Source of the DNA: a bacterium
GTDB taxonomy: Bacteria > Patescibacteriota > Patescibacteriia > JBAXGH01
NCBI GenBank assembly: GCA_037139515.1
Contig: JBAXGH010000004.1
Span: 7,514-71,513, forward strand
Length of the DNA: 64,000 nt
Direction of reading: 5' to 3'
Position 1 is the stretch's first letter. Every line of letters starts with the position of its first letter. This document shows positions 55,022 through 64,000 of the stretch, piece after piece. The notes beneath the pieces were generated by a model. The model had not been told where the DNA came from. It saw only the letters and a list, made by a program, of their open reading frames with translations, and searched no databases. The position numbers were made by a program, and so were the translations under genes.

Positions 55022-58000
55022 ATGAAATTTGACTTTGAATCCGTCGCCAAAAATGCATCCGAGTATCCAGGAGAAGCTAGTAGCAACAAGCGTCCGCGCC
55101 GTAAGGTGGCCGAAATGTCGACGCCCGAAAAGGCGCAGCTACTTTGGGATTCCTATCAAGACTTAAAAACTGTTTGGCGCGCGTTTTTGATACAGAAAAA
55201 AGAAAGCACTGGTGATCAGAATACGGTGTTGAAGCATTTAGCTCATCTAACCGATGCGAATGACGACTTAGCGAAAGAGTTTAAAGCCTCTTCCTTGGCG
55301 CAAAAACTATTGAAGCAAGTGAAGGATCTGTATTCCGAGCCGGAAGTTCAGGTGACTTTTAAATCGAATCAAGAAAATTATCGAAAACAATGGGATGGCG
55401 TAAATGGAAAATGGAAAGAATTCTCGGCTCTTCGAGAGGAGATTAAAGAACTGGAGGCGGAATATGACGATTTGGAGCGCGAACGCTTCGACGAGCGCGG
55501 CAAGCCGGAAGTGCAAAAGCGCCGAACTTTAAAGTACGACATTGCGAATTCTAAAAAATCGCTCGAAGCGGCTCGTGAAGCTGAAAAGACTTTACTCTCC
55601 GAGAATCGTGAACTAAGTCTTCGCGTGCTTTCTGAAACGCTCGACGAAAGACGCAGTGAACTTCGCCAAGGCGACGGGTTTATGTGGTTTCCGAGTCGGC
55701 GTTTAATTTTGGAAAAGCTGGAAGATAAAATCGCCGAAGCTAGAACCTTGCGCGTAATAACCCTTGAAGGAGAATCAGGCACCGGTAAGACGAGTTTTGC
55801 CGATGCTGCCGCGGTAAAGCTTACCCGCGAACATTTGGTTGCGAGCCCAGTTGCGCGCGCCGACATGAAAGTTGACCGGGCGCTTTTCGCGGATGAAAAG
55901 ATTGCTCCCGAAGGCAGCCGAACTGCATACCAGGAAGTACTTCGGGCGATTACCGGAAAAGTTGGTCCCGAAAAACCGATCCAGCATTCCGGTCGAGTGG
56001 CCTTTTTGGATGAGTTAAACCGTCTGACGAATGACCAAGCTAGTGCGTTTTTGACGGCACTCGACAGCATGAAAGTTGGCGGCGAAACCCGCTATGCTTT
56101 AAATGATGCCGATCCGAAGGATAAGGTTCAGGGAAGAGCTTTGGTGCTCGCAGCCCAGAATCCGGCCGGTGAGACTTTTCCGGATCGTACGGTTTTTAGC
56201 CCTGAAGTTGAGCGCAAACAACAAAAAGTTCAGGTTTCGTATTTTAATCAAACGCCAGAAGATCCGGAATTATACGAAGCACTGCTTGTTTCGATGATGG
56301 ATGCCGACGGCCGTATTCTGGCCGCGAAAAGTGACCTAGCTCCAGCTTTTACGGATCCGGAAATTTCTCCGGATGGTAAAACGAAACAGTCTAAACTAAA
56401 AATTGAAGACGCGTCCGGCGGCGCACTTTGGCGATTCTCAAACTTTTTGCATGAAATTTACGAAAACTTTTATCGTCGTCCAAACTTGCTAACTAAGTCT
56501 AATCCTGATGCCTGGCTCAAGCGTCATGTTTTAACGCCGGGCGACGCGATTGAATGGCTAACTAAATATACAGAAATACTGGAAGAGCGTGAGAATCTTC
56601 AAAATTATCTATCAAATCGCCTGCGGGAATGGATCGAAGAAAAAATGCGTGGTAATGCTGATGTCGAAGAAAAGCGTCTTTATCTTGAACTTGCGCAGAA
56701 GTTTGTGTTTTTGACTCCAAGTGGAGATACGGTGACTGATTCAAATTCTGCAACGCAAAGCATCATGACAAAACGCGAAATCGCCGAAATGTCGCCACGT
56801 ATTCCGCGAGCAATCGAGGGTTTGGTGGAAGCTCCCAAGAATGATGAACAAGAAAATCGAATCATGAATCTTGAGATGATTGATGGCACGAAACTAAATC
56901 GAGTTAGTTTTCGCTTTTCGGCGACAAAGGTTTTGCAGAATGGGTTCGAAGGCCCAGGAGGAAAAGAACTTCGTTTTATCGGACACATTGTGACTTGTGG
57001 GGATAAGCCTGAGCTAAAAGGTATGGTTCTACTTGAGGAAATTGGTAGACCGGAGCGGAAAATTGTAGCGACCTCGAAGCAGGCGAATAAGATGTTTGAA
57101 TTATTTTCGAACAAGAAAGTTGAGCGCAAAGAAGCTACAGATGAAATCGAAGCACGGAAAATATTCGGCAAAGATTTTTTGGGTCGCCAGGAAGTCAAAG
57201 CACTTTTTGATGTCGATGTGCCGGAAACCAAGATTCCGTATTCTGCCGTCGAGCTGAAAGAAGCTCAAAAAGAAGGCATGATGCTTGTATATCGAATTGA
57301 TAAAGATGCGAAAGGTAAAAAGTTAGACATGACTGCGATTGATGCCATGGCGCTCGCGAGGTGTGGAACAAAGGGTCAGAAAGCTTTTATTCCGCCGAAT
57401 GATGGTAGTCGAAATGAACTATTTTTCACCGATTCACCGCGAGCCGGTTGGAAACTAGTTTCAAAGGAATTGCTTGGCATGAAAGATGGAAAGCCAATCG
57501 GAAAAGTTGAAGATCAGTCAATGAATAAAGACTATCTTGCGGAAACCAAAGTGCTTATCAAATATGCCGTCAAACACAAATTACTTAACGCTCAAGAATT
57601 AACAGAGTGTTCGGATGCCGAATTAGACAAAGTGGCTCGTACTATATTTTCTGGAAAAACCATGCAAGAATTGGTCGACTCTCAAAATGATGTTGAATGG
57701 AAATTCGCGGCGGAGTTCTTATCAAGCTTGAAGGTGAATGAGAAACTTCGTCGCACACCGGCTGAAGTGCTTTATGATATGGTACTGCATCTTCACGCTA
57801 ACGGCGACCGTTTGCTTTCCGGGGTCTATGATAGAGCTAATCGCCGTAATTCTTCGGGTAGCTTGGCGTATCTTGGTGATTTCGATGCCTCGGGTCTGGG
57901 CGTGTCTTGGCATAGGCCCGATGGTGCCCGTCCGAATATTGGTGTTTGCGTCTCCCGAAATGTTTCTCATTTCAACAAACGAGACCGTTCTAAGACCACG

Positions 58001-58171
58001 TCTTTCTCGAAAAATCAGCAGATTTTATCGAGAATCAATGGATCCTCGATACCCCGGATTCGCTGTCCGGGGTTCGAGGAAGACGTCATTGGGTACGTCT
58101 ATTTCCGAGTATTAAAACGGTCTCACGAACAGGCCTTTACGGCCTGTTTGTTTTTGGTTCCGGGTTTTTAA
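55022..58171 (+). CDS. MoxR-like AAA+ ATPase, large form. Its 3' end is probably corrupted by an insertion, so the true stop is uncertain (before ~57980).
   Basis: Walker A ITLEGESGTGKTS and Walker B/sensor VAFLDELNRLTNDQASAFLTALD. The last ~65 codons overlap ncRNA-like copy B and read through by chance. Confidence 0.7.
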   Translation: MKFDFESVAKNASEYPGEASSNKRPRRKVAEMSTPEKAQLLWDSYQDLKTVWRAFLIQKKESTGDQNTVLKHLAHLTDANDDLAKEFKASSLAQKLLKQVKDLYSEPEVQVTFKSNQENYRKQWDGVNGKWKEFSALREEIKELEAEYDDLERERFDERGKPEVQKRRTLKYDIANSKKSLEAAREAEKTLLSENRELSLRVLSETLDERRSELRQGDGFMWFPSRRLILEKLEDKIAEARTLRVITLEGESGTGKTSFADAAAVKLTREHLVASPVARADMKVDRALFADEKIAPEGSRTAYQEVLRAITGKVGPEKPIQHSGRVAFLDELNRLTNDQASAFLTALDSMKVGGETRYALNDADPKDKVQGRALVLAAQNPAGETFPDRTVFSPEVERKQQKVQVSYFNQTPEDPELYEALLVSMMDADGRILAAKSDLAPAFTDPEISPDGKTKQSKLKIEDASGGALWRFSNFLHEIYENFYRRPNLLTKSNPDAWLKRHVLTPGDAIEWLTKYTEILEERENLQNYLSNRLREWIEEKMRGNADVEEKRLYLELAQKFVFLTPSGDTVTDSNSATQSIMTKREIAEMSPRIPRAIEGLVEAPKNDEQENRIMNLEMIDGTKLNRVSFRFSATKVLQNGFEGPGGKELRFIGHIVTCGDKPELKGMVLLEEIGRPERKIVATSKQANKMFELFSNKKVERKEATDEIEARKIFGKDFLGRQEVKALFDVDVPETKIPYSAVELKEAQKEGMMLVYRIDKDAKGKKLDMTAIDAMALARCGTKGQKAFIPPNDGSRNELFFTDSPRAGWKLVSKELLGMKDGKPIGKVEDQSMNKDYLAETKVLIKYAVKHKLLNAQELTECSDAELDKVARTIFSGKTMQELVDSQNDVEWKFAAEFLSSLKVNEKLRRTPAEVLYDMVLHLHANGDRLLSGVYDRANRRNSSGSLAYLGDFDASGLGVSWHRPDGARPNIGVCVSRNVSHFNKRDRSKTTSFSKNQQILSRINGSSIPRIRCPGFEEDVIGYVYFRVLKRSHEQAFTACLFLVPGF
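57977..58157 (+). ncRNA. Candidate structured small RNA, copy B
   Basis: The same conserved 5' module as 45162-45245. Outer inverted repeat cgagaccgtt/aacggtctc. It ends in the acaggcctttacggcctgt hairpin plus TTTGTTTTTGG. Confidence 0.35.
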
Positions 58172-58189
58172 TCCAACCGCCAAGCATTT

Positions 58190-58489
58190 TTCCTATCTCA
58201 ACCAACAGCTATTCGTGAATTTCTTGCGAGGCATCTTCAAATGGAGCTTCATCCGAAGAAAATCACGATTGAAAAATATAACCACGGCGTGGATTTTCTT
58301 GGATACGTTTGTTTTCCGCATCATCGAATTTTAAGAACAAAAACGAAAAAGCGACTGTTCGCAAAAATCTGTTATAAAAATTGGAGCTCGTATTTGGGAG
58401 TTTTGAGATGCTGCAGTTCACGCGGGATACAAACGTCGATATTGGTCAAAATGGGTCTTGAAACTGTTCGTGCGTGTGATATAATTTGA
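58190..58489 (+). pseudogene. Reverse transcriptase C-terminal remnant (RT domain 6/7, FLGY motif)
   Basis: AIREFLARHLQMELHPKKITIEKYNHGVDFLGYVCFPHH matches the end of group II-intron or retron RT palm/thumb. The N-terminal RT domains are absent. Confidence 0.5.
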
Positions 58490-58496
58490 TTGAAAT

Positions 58497-58733
58497 ATGA
58501 ACCTTCGTAAAACACTTTTTTGGGACACTGATGTTAAGACAATCAGTTTAAATCGGAACGCTCGATATATTATCGAGCGGGTTTTGGAATTCGGTAATGA
58601 TCGAGAGGTACGTTGGCTTACGAAAGAGTATGGGCGTCGTAAAATCAGAAATGCGGTTCTGGCCAGTCGCTCGCTTGATCGTAAAAGTCGTGCTTTATGG
58701 CTACTTCTCACGGAAAAGAAAACTGGCAAGTAA
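58497..58733 (+). CDS. Small protein upstream of AbiEii. Putative cognate antitoxin.
   Basis: 78 aa, overlapping the nucleotidyltransferase gene by 37 nt. Assigned by position only. Confidence 0.35.
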   Translation: MNLRKTLFWDTDVKTISLNRNARYIIERVLEFGNDREVRWLTKEYGRRKIRNAVLASRSLDRKSRALWLLLTEKKTGK

Positions 58734-59374
58734 AAGTTATGCCGGTCGCGACCAGGCGCGCCCTGGATTTTTTTGCTTCCAAAAAATGGATGCGTGCCTC
58801 TGGGTGGTATTTGGCGGGTGGTACGGCCTTGGCTTTAGCCTGCGGCCATAGGCGCTCGGTGGATTTGGATTTTTTTCAAGCAAAGCCTTTCTCGACTGAT
58901 AGTTTGTTGCGTCACCTGAATACTGACAAGCTTTGGAAGACAGAAAAAATAGAAGAAAACACGGTACATGGATCTTTTGGTGGTGCCAAAATAAGTTTCA
59001 TGACCAACTCATCGTTTCGCCCGGCTTTTTCTTTTGGAGAATATGGCATGGTGCGTATATTAGATGAACGAGATGTCGCCGCGACCAAATTAATTTCCGT
59101 GAGTCAGCGTGGAAAAAAGCGGGATTTCGTTGATCTATTTTGGTATGCTAAAAATCGGGAACCACTTCGGACACTTTTTAATCGTTTTGCAATGCAGTAT
59201 CCCGATGTCGGACGTAATTTTCACCACATAATAAAAAGTTTGGTATATTTTGAGGATGCGGAACGCGATCCGATGCCGCTTGTAAATTTTGCGGTGACCT
59301 GGAAAGAAATAAAAACCTCATTTGTAAAAGATGCTTCCGAACTGTCGCGTGATTTACTTGGTGTTGAGTTATAA
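58697..59374 (+). CDS. AbiEii/DUF1814-family nucleotidyltransferase (type IV TA toxin-like)
   Basis: LAGGTALALACGHRRSVDLDFF is an NTase-fold GS..D.D motif typical of AbiEii. Confidence 0.6.
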   Translation: MATSHGKENWQVKVMPVATRRALDFFASKKWMRASGWYLAGGTALALACGHRRSVDLDFFQAKPFSTDSLLRHLNTDKLWKTEKIEENTVHGSFGGAKISFMTNSSFRPAFSFGEYGMVRILDERDVAATKLISVSQRGKKRDFVDLFWYAKNREPLRTLFNRFAMQYPDVGRNFHHIIKSLVYFEDAERDPMPLVNFAVTWKEIKTSFVKDASELSRDLLGVEL

Positions 59375-59377
59375 AAT

Positions 59378-61897
59378 ATGTCGAATGAACCAGGAACTCG
59401 CGGTGATGTGACGGAGCAGGATCGTGAAAATCAAGCGGCGCCAAAAGAGCGACCGGCTTTTGATATACGAAATCGTATTCGCAGCGAAGCCGACATAGAA
59501 GCGCAAAAACTCTGGCAGAATTCAGGCGATTCGATTCTGCGGGCGGCGCGCCGCATGTTTGATGATATTTCCGCGCATGGCGCCGAGGCAAAACCGGTTT
59601 CCCTGGGCTTGCCGGAAACAGATCAATTACTAGCGGATTTAGCGCTAGCCGCCAAAGATTCAAAAGCCGCGGTTTCTTCGAATTGGCAGTCAGAAATCGA
59701 AAAACTACGTAATTTTCAAACCAGTCAGGGAAAAATTAACGTGTTTGATGTGCTTACACATCCCGACATGCCGGCTGCTACACGCTTGGATTTTTGGAAC
59801 AAAGAAGTTGCGGGCTTGTTGAAATTTACTTACGAAAATGATTTGGCACAGATTCGCGAAACGGAAACGCGCTTGCCGCATGAACCAGAAACGGAATCGG
59901 ATTCGAATTCGGATTCGAGCGACGAAGAAGTCGCGCCGCCGGATAGCGAGACTATGGATACGAGCATGGACAAGATGGAGAAGAATAAAGAAAAAGAATC
60001 TCACGGATATTTTTCAATTCATCCGTATTTCGGCGGATATTTTCGCGAAGAAGTTTTTGAAGAGCATCGGGGCGGAACGCGGTGGGCCAAGCGCCCACGT
60101 ATTTTGAAGCCAGCGCAAGAGATTTTAGGATTACTCGACGAAAGAATTTGCCGTGGCACGATTTTAGGCGGGCGAATTACTAAGTTACCGCTTCCGGCTG
60201 GTTTTGTGCCCTTACCATCGTCGCTTCGCGGTACTCCCGGAGTTAAAGTTAGCGTCGATGAACACGGCTTGTATTCACTTGATGCCTCAGCTGTCACTGG
60301 TAATATCAGATTTAGTGTGACGATTGGAAAACCGGAAAACGGCGCGATACAAAATCAGGTTGAGCCAGCCGAACTCGCGGTTAGAAATGCGGTTGTGAGC
60401 TTGGAAACACGGACGATGCTTGAGGGCTTGACCGGTACGGAAATTGAAAAAGCCCGCGCCATACAAACTTTCGTGCGTCAGACCTTGGAATATTCCAACG
60501 ATGGCGATTTGAATTTGGTGTACGAAAATCATTCTGAAGGTTATTTTCGCGCTATCGAAATCAATAAAAAAGCTGATTGCGATGTCTCGAATGCTTATTT
60601 TATCAATTTGCTTTCAGCGCTTGGTATCAAGGCGCGACTCGCGGTTGGGCATTATGTGAAACAGAAAGATCATTCCGGGGCTGCGGTTATGAATTCGGGT
60701 TCGCGCCATGCTTGGTCGGAAGTTTGGGATGATACCGTACGTGTTTGGGTTCGGCTTGATGCGACGCCGCCTGGCGATCCAACGCTTGATGATGAGCCGA
60801 CCGATGAGGAGCCTGAAGATAGTTCTGGTGAAGGTGATTTTGGCGAACAAGAATCTTTTCGGCTTTCCGACGAAGAGTTGGAAGAGCTGCGGGAGAAGCT
60901 AAAAAAAGAATTACCGAAGCCGGAAACTTCGGAGGAAAAAGAAAACCGTGAATTTGCGCGCGAGGCAGGCTGCTCGGAAGAAGAAGCGCGGATTATTAAA
61001 AATAAAATCGAAGCGGCGCGACGAATTCGTGATCGCAAAGGTCGTGTGATTCGCGATGCTTTGAGTTCGGAATTTCGGCAAATCGTGGAAACTAATATCA
61101 AAGAAGCGCCGGGTTGGCGCGGGCCGGTCAAGAAAAGCGAGGGCGAAGAATTGGATGACGTGGTCATGGCTATCAAAGATTTGCGCACCGGGCATGCTGA
61201 TCCATTGGGTTATGTACAGGAATTCGTAGATCGGAAAATCGTTCAAGAATACGGCGGGTTTAATGCTTATTTTGTTTTTGATCGCTCCGGCTCGATGAAT
61301 GATTTAGATTCAGCTTCCGGACAGACAAAGAAAACAGAACAGCAACTGGCTGGTTTTTTGGTACTCGATGGTATTAAATCTTTTAGTTATCAAACTGAAG
61401 TCGCGAGACGTCAAAATCAACTCACTTCGCCACTCCGAGTTAATTCCTGGGTTGGTGCTTTTCAAAATGGTGCGGCGACGGAATTAAAACCGCTTGGCGG
61501 TGATTGGGGTCCACGCGAACAGACTGCTGTTTGGAAGGGATTGGAATCGAACGTTGGCGGGGGAACCCCGGCTCATTTGGGCCTGCGGCGCGTTCGTGAG
61601 CAAATCGAGCAAGAACTTGAAATTGAGAAGCAAAGTGGGCAAAAGGGAAAACCGCTTGTGCGCATGGTTATGGTTTTTATGGATGGCGACGTTGACGATA
61701 GGCCTGGATATCTTGCCGAACAGGCTAAACTTGAAGCGCTCGGCGTTTCGGTTTCAAGCTGGGGCATGACCGCGAGCGCAAATGCTGTGGCGGCATTCCC
61801 TGAGGGTCATTGTCTACCTTCGGTTAAGGATATTATTGAACCGGTTACGGAACATATTGTTTTGAAGGCGAAGAAGTTGCGGGCGAAAAGATCGTGA
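59378..61897 (+). CDS. Transglutaminase-like plus VWA-domain protein, the expected partner of the MoxR ATPase
   Basis: The TGase core is ADCDVSNAYFINLLSALGIKARLAVGHYV...RHAWSEVWDDTVRVWVRLDATP (C-H-D). The VWA MIDAS motif is YFVFDRSGSMND. An acidic low-complexity linker. Confidence 0.75.
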   Translation: MSNEPGTRGDVTEQDRENQAAPKERPAFDIRNRIRSEADIEAQKLWQNSGDSILRAARRMFDDISAHGAEAKPVSLGLPETDQLLADLALAAKDSKAAVSSNWQSEIEKLRNFQTSQGKINVFDVLTHPDMPAATRLDFWNKEVAGLLKFTYENDLAQIRETETRLPHEPETESDSNSDSSDEEVAPPDSETMDTSMDKMEKNKEKESHGYFSIHPYFGGYFREEVFEEHRGGTRWAKRPRILKPAQEILGLLDERICRGTILGGRITKLPLPAGFVPLPSSLRGTPGVKVSVDEHGLYSLDASAVTGNIRFSVTIGKPENGAIQNQVEPAELAVRNAVVSLETRTMLEGLTGTEIEKARAIQTFVRQTLEYSNDGDLNLVYENHSEGYFRAIEINKKADCDVSNAYFINLLSALGIKARLAVGHYVKQKDHSGAAVMNSGSRHAWSEVWDDTVRVWVRLDATPPGDPTLDDEPTDEEPEDSSGEGDFGEQESFRLSDEELEELREKLKKELPKPETSEEKENREFAREAGCSEEEARIIKNKIEAARRIRDRKGRVIRDALSSEFRQIVETNIKEAPGWRGPVKKSEGEELDDVVMAIKDLRTGHADPLGYVQEFVDRKIVQEYGGFNAYFVFDRSGSMNDLDSASGQTKKTEQQLAGFLVLDGIKSFSYQTEVARRQNQLTSPLRVNSWVGAFQNGAATELKPLGGDWGPREQTAVWKGLESNVGGGTPAHLGLRRVREQIEQELEIEKQSGQKGKPLVRMVMVFMDGDVDDRPGYLAEQAKLEALGVSVSSWGMTASANAVAAFPEGHCLPSVKDIIEPVTEHIVLKAKKLRAKRS

Positions 61898-61918
61898 GAG
61901 CTGATATAATACTTATAT

Positions 61919-63073
61919 ATGAACCTCGATTCAACGACGCTCCGATATATTGCCGTGGCTTTGACCGCTCTCGCCGGAGGACTCTATTGGTTTTGGAATC
62001 GCGGTGAGGCCGTAGGCCATCGGCCGCAGGGCGTAGGAGTGCTCAAAAATCTTACCGAACTTGCAAAAACCGGGGCGCTTGATGCCGTCATCGGTCGCGA
62101 TGATGAGATCGATCGCATTATCCAAATCATCCAGCGACGCACCAAAAATAATCCTTTATTGCTTGGCGACCCGGGAGTAGGGAAGACGGCTATCGTTGAA
62201 GGTCTCGCAGTTCGAATCATTAAAAACAATGTTCCGAAGGCTTTACAGGGAAAACAGATATTTGAACTTTCGGTCGCCGAACTGATTGCCGGCACCAAAT
62301 ATCGCGGAGAATTTGAGGAGCGCTTACGTGGCGTTATGAAGGAATTAGAGAAGGCTCCGCGTCAGACGATTTTGTTTGTTGATGAGATTCATCTACTCGA
62401 GCAAACCAAGGGCGCCGAGGGCGCAGTTTCGGCTTCCGATGTTTTGAAGCCAGCGCTTGCTCGTGGTGATGTTTCGATTATCGGTGCCACGACACTCAAA
62501 GAATACGAAGAATATATTCGCCCGAACACGGCGCTCGATCGTAGGTTTCAACCGGTTTTGGTTGCTGAACCGACTCCGGAAGCGGCGCTTGCTGTGCTTC
62601 GTGGTATCGCAAACTTATACGAGAAGCATCACGACGTGATTATCGACGACGACGCGCTTGAAGCCGCGGTCACGCTTTCGATTGAAAAATTAAAGGGTCG
62701 TCGTTTGCCGGACAAAGCGATTGATATCATCGACGAAGCTTCGGCCAAGGTCGCGATTGAAATGCAGGGCGCGCACGCAACGGCCATCGGTGTTATGCAT
62801 GCTGCCGCTGAGAAGTCTCGCGAGAGAGCCGCCAAAGAACGCCAGGATATCGGATTCGAAACCAAGCATTTAGAGGAGTTGTCGAAGAAGTATCCCGGCG
62901 ATCCGGCTCTCATGAGCGCGGAGAAAACCCTGCAGAGACATGAAGCAGAGCTCGCGGTCGTGGCTTCGGCGCGGGTTTCGGACGATGGTCGGGCGCGGGT
63001 TTTGCGCAAAGACGTGGAAGAAGTCATCGCCGCCTGGGCGGATCTTGGAAAAGCCGAGGAAAAATCAAAATAA
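61919..63073 (+). CDS. Clp/Hsp100 D1-type AAA+ ATPase (single domain, membrane-anchored) with an in-frame repeat
   Basis: LDAVIGRDDEIDRIIQIIQRRTKNNPLLLGDPGVGKTAIVEGLAVRI...GTKYRGEFEERL matches ClpA/B D1. N-terminal TM segment. EAVGHRPQGVGV is encoded by the 62008-62037 repeat. Confidence 0.7.
   Translation: MNLDSTTLRYIAVALTALAGGLYWFWNRGEAVGHRPQGVGVLKNLTELAKTGALDAVIGRDDEIDRIIQIIQRRTKNNPLLLGDPGVGKTAIVEGLAVRIIKNNVPKALQGKQIFELSVAELIAGTKYRGEFEERLRGVMKELEKAPRQTILFVDEIHLLEQTKGAEGAVSASDVLKPALARGDVSIIGATTLKEYEEYIRPNTALDRRFQPVLVAEPTPEAALAVLRGIANLYEKHHDVIIDDDALEAAVTLSIEKLKGRRLPDKAIDIIDEASAKVAIEMQGAHATAIGVMHAAAEKSRERAAKERQDIGFETKHLEELSKKYPGDPALMSAEKTLQRHEAELAVVASARVSDDGRARVLRKDVEEVIAAWADLGKAEEKSK
62008..62037. 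repeat. GGCCGTAGGCCATCGGCCGCAGGGCGTAGG repeat, in frame within the Clp-like gene
   Basis: Third member of the 31-bp GGCCGTAGG family. Confidence 0.6.
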
Positions 63074-63092
63074 AGTATTTTTTCGCTTTTTT

Positions 63093-63131
63093 CGCTTAAA
63101 ATGCTGGGGACAGTCCCGGGCATTTTAAGCG
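63093..63131 (+). terminator. 39-bp palindrome CGCTTAAAATGCTGGGGACAGTCCCGGGCATTTTAAGCG plus T-tract. Terminator of the Clp-like gene.
   Basis: Second copy of the 40787-40825 palindrome, followed by GTTTTTTATTG. Confidence 0.6.
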
Positions 63132-63221
63132 GTTTTTTATTGTTTCTCCCTGTTGACAAGGGTGAGCCGTTGTGATAGCAATTAGCGCAGTAACCCGTGG
63201 AGGGAATCCAAGGAGGAAGGC

Positions 63222-64000
63222 ATGCTGAAGAATGTAAAAGTGTCGGACCGTTATATTTACGGAACGGCCAAGAACAAGCCTCCGCACATTGAAGACCTTC
63301 TCAGGGTCTTTCGCGGAGCTGCCACCCAGGGGCTGTGCTTCGGAACCAAGGAGGATGTCGATAAGACTCTTCTTCTGGTGAGTACGCTCTACTCGTATCA
63401 CGAAGCGAATGAAGGAGTCTTCCGGTTTTTGCTCGAGGAAGGAGTTCTGCTTCGTGACGCGGATCCGAGTGGAGACGCGAAGCTCGACCGGTTCTACTTC
63501 GACGGCAAGCGTGCGAAACACGTCGCACACTGCATCGAAAGATCGCGTCCGACGGAGAAGACGAATGTCTTGCTTCGGAAAGATGCGCTTGAAAGGCTCA
63601 AGAAGTACGCCCCCTCGCCGCCGCCCGTTCCGATGAATCCAGGTCGCGCGGTTCCCGAGATTCAAAAACCCGAAATCGGAGCTGTCGCGGCTTCGAAGGA
63701 GCAGTACATGTCCGAGAAGACGGAGCAGGTTGCGGATGAGCAGGTGATTGTTGTGAAGCCGCAGAGCGAATTTCATCGCCTTTGCTTGCTTCCGGGAGTC
63801 GAGCGAGTGGTCTGGGCGGACATCGCCCGTGGCGCGCCGATCCAGAAGGAAACCGTTGTTGATGAGCAGAAGCGCACCTACGAGGAGCTGATTGGCGCCG
63901 GGGTGCTTCGGCTCGAAGACGGCGTGTTTTCTCTCGCAAGGCCGATCGAGACCTTCATCATCCTGAACCTCGAAGAGCGTCGCGTGCTTCGGGTGAACCG
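63222..64000 (+). CDS. Hypothetical protein, higher-GC. Its 3' end lies outside the window.
   Basis: AAGGAGGAAGGC-ATG ribosome-binding site. Open to the window end. Antisense ORFs here are R/P-rich and judged spurious. Confidence 0.55.
   Translation, partial: MLKNVKVSDRYIYGTAKNKPPHIEDLLRVFRGAATQGLCFGTKEDVDKTLLLVSTLYSYHEANEGVFRFLLEEGVLLRDADPSGDAKLDRFYFDGKRAKHVAHCIERSRPTEKTNVLLRKDALERLKKYAPSPPPVPMNPGRAVPEIQKPEIGAVAASKEQYMSEKTEQVADEQVIVVKPQSEFHRLCLLPGVERVVWADIARGAPIQKETVVDEQKRTYEELIGAGVLRLEDGVFSLARPIETFIILNLEERRVLRVN

Noticed and set aside
57977-58489. Intact retron (msr-msd ncRNA + RT) or group II intron
   Set aside because: The RT ORF retains only domain 6/7 (the FLGY region) and begins ~35 bp after the RNA-like element, so the N-terminal RT domains are missing. 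I found no convincing domain V (AGC triad plus GNRA) or a long msd hairpin. Reported as a remnant plus an independent ncRNA candidate instead.
62629-63939. Minus-strand ORFs antisense to the Clp-like gene and to the terminal higher-GC gene (62629-63159, 63096-63776, 63598-63939)
   Set aside because: Ser/Arg/Ala-rich spurious frames. The plus-strand genes have ribosome-binding sites and recognisable domains.
1-64000. CRISPR arrays
   Set aside because: No regularly spaced direct repeats with unique spacers were seen. All repeat families found are palindromic or dispersed.

Overview
The window is a roughly 45% GC chromosome segment with strong signs of a CPR/Patescibacteria-like organism. The 16S rRNA (minus strand) reads CAGCAGCAGCGGTAA at the 515 site, is not linked to a 23S gene and has its own terminator. 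tRNA-Ile(GAU) sits in a separate four-tRNA cluster. There are several very small and several giant ORFs.

Housekeeping genes recognised: rpoC 3' end, ruvC, a P-type ATPase, two ABC proteins, trmD, a KH-domain gene, rpsP, rnc, pyrD, a short smc, a Clp D1-like ATPase, a Fur-family regulator and a TrmB-like regulator.

Accessory content is unusually dense:
- A ~2.8 kb higher-GC island (~8750-11565) of small, same-strand, cassette-like genes: two paralogous Cys-rich proteins, a VWA protein and a secreted protein. Three of these genes are each preceded by the same covarying two-hairpin leader motif.
- A 31-bp GGCCGTAGG-type repeat inserted in frame in trmD, pyrD and the Clp-like gene.
- A GGGACWGTCCC-centred palindrome family that appears as terminators, as the inverted repeats of a MITE-like insertion truncating an ADP-ribosylglycohydrolase gene, and as an in-frame insert in an O-antigen-ligase-like gene.
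- Long rod-like palindromic elements that covary between copies.
- A candidate small-RNA family with two copies. One copy lies in the 3' tail of a MoxR-like AAA+ gene, next to a reverse-transcriptase remnant and an AbiE-like toxin-antitoxin pair that split the MoxR gene from its VWA/transglutaminase partner gene.
- A 1750-aa HExxH plus UbiB-kinase giant protein, followed by tandemly duplicated paralog genes and a 981-aa coiled-coil protein.
- Three RelE/RHH toxin-antitoxin modules, each with an operator-like palindrome upstream.

All calls rest on reading the sequence and motifs by eye. No database search was run.
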